This document shows, piece by piece, positions 61,165 through 64,000 of a stretch of DNA of 64,000 bases. A model generated the notes under the pieces. It saw only the letters and a program-made list of their open reading frames with translations. It was not told the origin of the DNA and searched no databases. Both the position numbers and the translations under genes were made by a program. Each line of letters opens with the position of its first letter. Position 1 is the stretch's first letter. Source of the stretch: Macrostomum hystrix (lineage: Eukaryota; Animalia; Platyhelminthes); NCBI GenBank assembly GCA_950097015.1, contig CATNEN010000001.1, positions 23,374,001-23,438,000 of the forward strand, given 5' to 3'.

Positions 61165-61494
61165 AATGAAGCCGCCCGTGATTCACCGCGACCTCAAGCC
61201 GGAGAACGTGTTTATTGCCGATGGCGAGAACCCTGAGGAGTACTACAACATCAAGATTGGCGACTTCGGCCTGGCCACGGCCAAGACCCAGACCCGCAAG
61301 ACCATGCTGGGCACCCTGGGCTACATGGCGCCCGAGATGCTGCAGGAGAGATACGACGAGAAGGTGGACATATTCGCATTCGGCATTCTCATTGTTGAGA
61401 TGGTCACTAACAGCATTCCGTATCAGGAGTGCCAGAACTTCTTAGACGTCTGGCAGCGCATTGCCAGCAACACTCCGCCGAAGGTGCTCACTCG
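61165..61494 (+). CDS. WNK: WNK-family kinase exon 5 (catalytic loop and activation segment)
   Basis: PPVIHRDLKPENVFI, IKIGDFGLAT, GTLGYMAPEM, YDEKVDIFAFG, PYQECQN. Confidence 0.95.
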
Positions 61495-61769
61495 GTGAGT
61501 GACAACCGCATCAGCGTTTGACAGCTCGTTATCGCTTTTTAGGAAAAATGATTCTTCAATAGTCATTCATAATCGGCTTTCCATCCAGTTCTTCCACGGA
61601 AATTTCCATCCCGTCGTTCAAATGACCTTGACCTTTCAACCCAGACATTCGAATGACCTTTTATCCGGTCACTTAAGCTACTTTTTTTCTTATCATCAAA
61701 TTACATTCTAATCACAGTCATTCAAATGACCAACCCGGATTTTATTTTTTTTTCCAACAATTTCCGCAG

Positions 61770-61977
61770 CATTGAGAGTCAAGACGTTCGCGACATGTTC
61801 TTCACCTGCACGCATCCGCTGCCGGATTTTCGACCCACCGTCGAGGAGCTGCTGTCGTTGCAGATCTTCAATCTGAAGCCGATTCCCATCCAGTTGCAGC
61901 TGGTGCGCCTGTCCCAGACGCTCAAATGGCAGGACGCCGGAGATACGGCGGCTGATGGCAGTTCCACTCTGTCTGGG
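61770..61977 (+). CDS. WNK: WNK-family kinase exon 6
   Basis: IESQDVRDMFFTC...RPTVEELLSLQIF (subdomain XI); phases consistent. Confidence 0.88.
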
Positions 61978-62077
61978 GTGAGATATTCATTCCGTTGATT
62001 AGCTGACTACTGTAAGTAGGTAGATGTAGCTTATATTTTATTTGTCATGATCAATTAGTTCTCTTTTTACCGATGTC

Positions 62078-62742
62078 CCCCCAGTCTCCATCCCCTGATC
62101 CCATCAGTCTCCATCCCCTGATCCCATCAGTCTCCATTCCCTGATCCCCTCAGCCTCTACCGTCTGATCTCCCCAGTCTTTATCCTCTGATCCCCTCAGT
62201 CTGTATCCTCTGATCCCCTCAGTCTGTATCCTCTGATCCCCTCAGTCTCCATCCCCTGATCCCATCAGTCTCCATCCCCTGATCCCATCAGTCTCCATTC
62301 CCTGATCCCATCAGTCTCTATTCCGTGATCCCATCAGTCTCCATTCCCTGATCTCCTTAGTCTCTACCGTCTGATCCCCTCAGTCTTTATCCTCTGATCC
62401 CCTCAGTCTTTATCCTCTGATCCCCTCAGTCTTTATCCTCTGATCCCCTCAGTCTTTATCCTCTGATCCCCTCCTGATCCCCTCAGTCTGTATCCTCTGA
62501 TCCCTCAGTCTGTATCCTCTGATCTCCTCAGTCTGTATCCTCTGATCTCCTCAGTCTGTATCCTCTGATCCCCTCAGTCTGTATCCTCTGATCCCCTTAG
62601 TCTTTATCCTCTGATCCCCTCAGTCTGTATCCTCTGATCCCCTCAGTCTGTATCCTCTGATCCCCTCAGTCTGTATCCTTTGATCCCCTTAGTCTTTATC
62701 CTCTGATCCCCTCAGTCTCCAACCCCTGATCCCAACCAGTCT
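62078..62742. repeat. 23-bp minisatellite
   Basis: TCCTCTGATCCCCTCAGTCTGTA variants. Confidence 0.93.
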
Positions 62743-62771
62743 CGCTAATCCCGAATTCTCCCTCCACCCAG

Positions 62772-63107
62772 GAGCCGCCCAAGAAGGTGGCGGCCAACTT
62801 GCGCGACCAGGAGCCGGTGGAGTACTCGGGCGATCCCAACAAATTCTACCACGTGGCGGACTTTCGCCTGGTGGTGAACGATCGCACCCTGCAGCAGCAG
62901 ATGCGCATTCTCCCGGGCGTCGGCTTCGAGTTCCAGTTGGACTGCTTCATCGACGAAGATTTGGAGACTGTCGTCAATTCGTTCGCCGACTTTGCAGAGT
63001 CTGACAACGGTAACAACGCTAGCGGGGTTAGCAGCGACCAGCAGAAGCGGCTGCGGCAGAAGCTGGTGTCCAGCATCCGACATCAGCTCAACTATTATCG
63101 GAAAAAG
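62772..63107 (+). CDS. WNK: WNK-family kinase exon 7 (PF2/CCT-like domain)
   Basis: FRLVVND...GFEFQLDCFIDEDLETVVNSF resembles the WNK autoinhibitory PF2-like domain; CCCAG acceptor, GTGAGA donor. Confidence 0.8.
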
Positions 63108-63209
63108 GTGAGATTCGATTATGAGCCTAATTATCACATTATCGCTCTTTCTCATGCTTAAAGCCCCATGTAAGAAATATCCTAGTTTAAATTATCCTAA
63201 AATAGCTTT

Positions 63210-63690
63210 TATCCCAATCCTAAAATCCCCATCCTATCCCAATCCTCAGTTCCCTACAATCGAAACGACATCCCTTCTTCCTTCCCAACTTTGATTCTAT
63301 TCCCAAATCCCCATTCGAAGCGAAATCCCTTCTTCCTTCCCAACTTTGATCCCAATCCCGAATCCCCATTCGAAACAAAATCCCTTCTTCCTTCCCAACT
63401 TTGATCCCAAACCCGAATCCCCATTCGAAACAAAATCCCTTCTTCCTTCCCAACTTTGATCCCATTCCCAAATCCCCATTCAAAACGAAATCCCTTCTTC
63501 CTTCCCAGTTTTGACCCCATTCTCAAATCCCTTCTTCCTTCCCAACTTTGATCCCATCCCTAAATCCCCATTCAAAACGAAATCCCATCTTCCTTCCCAA
63601 CTTTGATCCCATTCCTAAATCCCCGATGGAAACGAAATCTCATCTTCCTTCTCAGTTTTGATCCCATTCACTAATCCCCATTGCCCATTC
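63210..63690. repeat. About 59-bp minisatellite
   Basis: CCCTTCTTCCTTCCCAACTTTGATCCC...AATCCCCATTCGAAAC recurring. Confidence 0.88.
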
Positions 63691-63774
63691 AAATATGAAT
63701 TTTTATTTCCCACTTTTAATTTATTCCACTCTAAAATCCCTAACAAAAACTCCCACGGAAATGATTCCATCCAG

Positions 63775-64000
63775 GTGCTGGCAGGTGTTTGGAGTCATTT
63801 CATGGAGAAGATTCGCGAGTCGGAGCCGGAGCAGGACTCAGAGACCGACGCCTCGCCCATCGTTCGCCTCGGCCTTCAGGCTCGACGCTGGGCCGAAGCT
63901 AAACGACGGACTTTAAAGGAGCGAGACGACTACAATGCCCGCTGGGAGGAGGAGTATGAGGCGCAGCAGCAGCAGCAGCAGGATGACTCGCAGCCATCGT
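63775..64000 (+). CDS. WNK: WNK-family kinase exon 8, 3'-partial
   Basis: TCCAG acceptor, phase 0; open frame VLAGVWSHFMEKIRE...QQQQQQDDSQPS to the window end. Confidence 0.72.
   Translation, partial: MLAGVWSHFMEKIRESEPEQDSETDASPIVRLGLQARRWAEAKRRTLKERDDYNARWEEEYEAQQQQQQDDSQPS

Noticed and set aside
58183-61236. Three overlapping ORFs of about 1000 aa
   Set aside because: Translations of a stop-free 16-bp satellite inside a WNK intron; only 61165-61494 is coding.

Overview
Eukaryotic (animal) genomic DNA with GT-AG introns. The gene set and the dense 12-59 bp minisatellites suggest an invertebrate such as a free-living flatworm (Macrostomum-like; inference only). Genes reconstructed by hand with phase-consistent exons: a 5'-partial group II-type metabotropic glutamate receptor (+, <1-16378), an intronless R9AP/R7BP-family RGS anchor (-, 18602-19414), a hydroxylysine-kinase-like probable pseudokinase (+, 22087-26010), an intronless rhodopsin-class GPCR (+, 26543-27658), V-ATPase subunit H (+, 34073-42783), topoisomerase IB (+, 44457-47817) and a 3'-partial divergent WNK kinase (+, 51314->64000). 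Mobile DNA: an intact RTE-clade LINE with TSD, a Penelope-like fragment with a hammerhead ribozyme and inverted tail, a second hammerhead-like motif, about 10 copies of a tRNA-derived SINE, a CORE-type SINE, three hAT-type MITEs carrying a minisatellite, and three solo-LTR-like segments sharing MEF2/bZIP/E-box sites. Most notable: the WNK has DFG instead of the chloride-sensing DLG; the hammerhead cleavage site coincides with the Penelope inverted-repeat boundary; the LTR-like segments carry an activity-responsive-type enhancer grammar; and some intronic arrays are built from splice-acceptor-like units.
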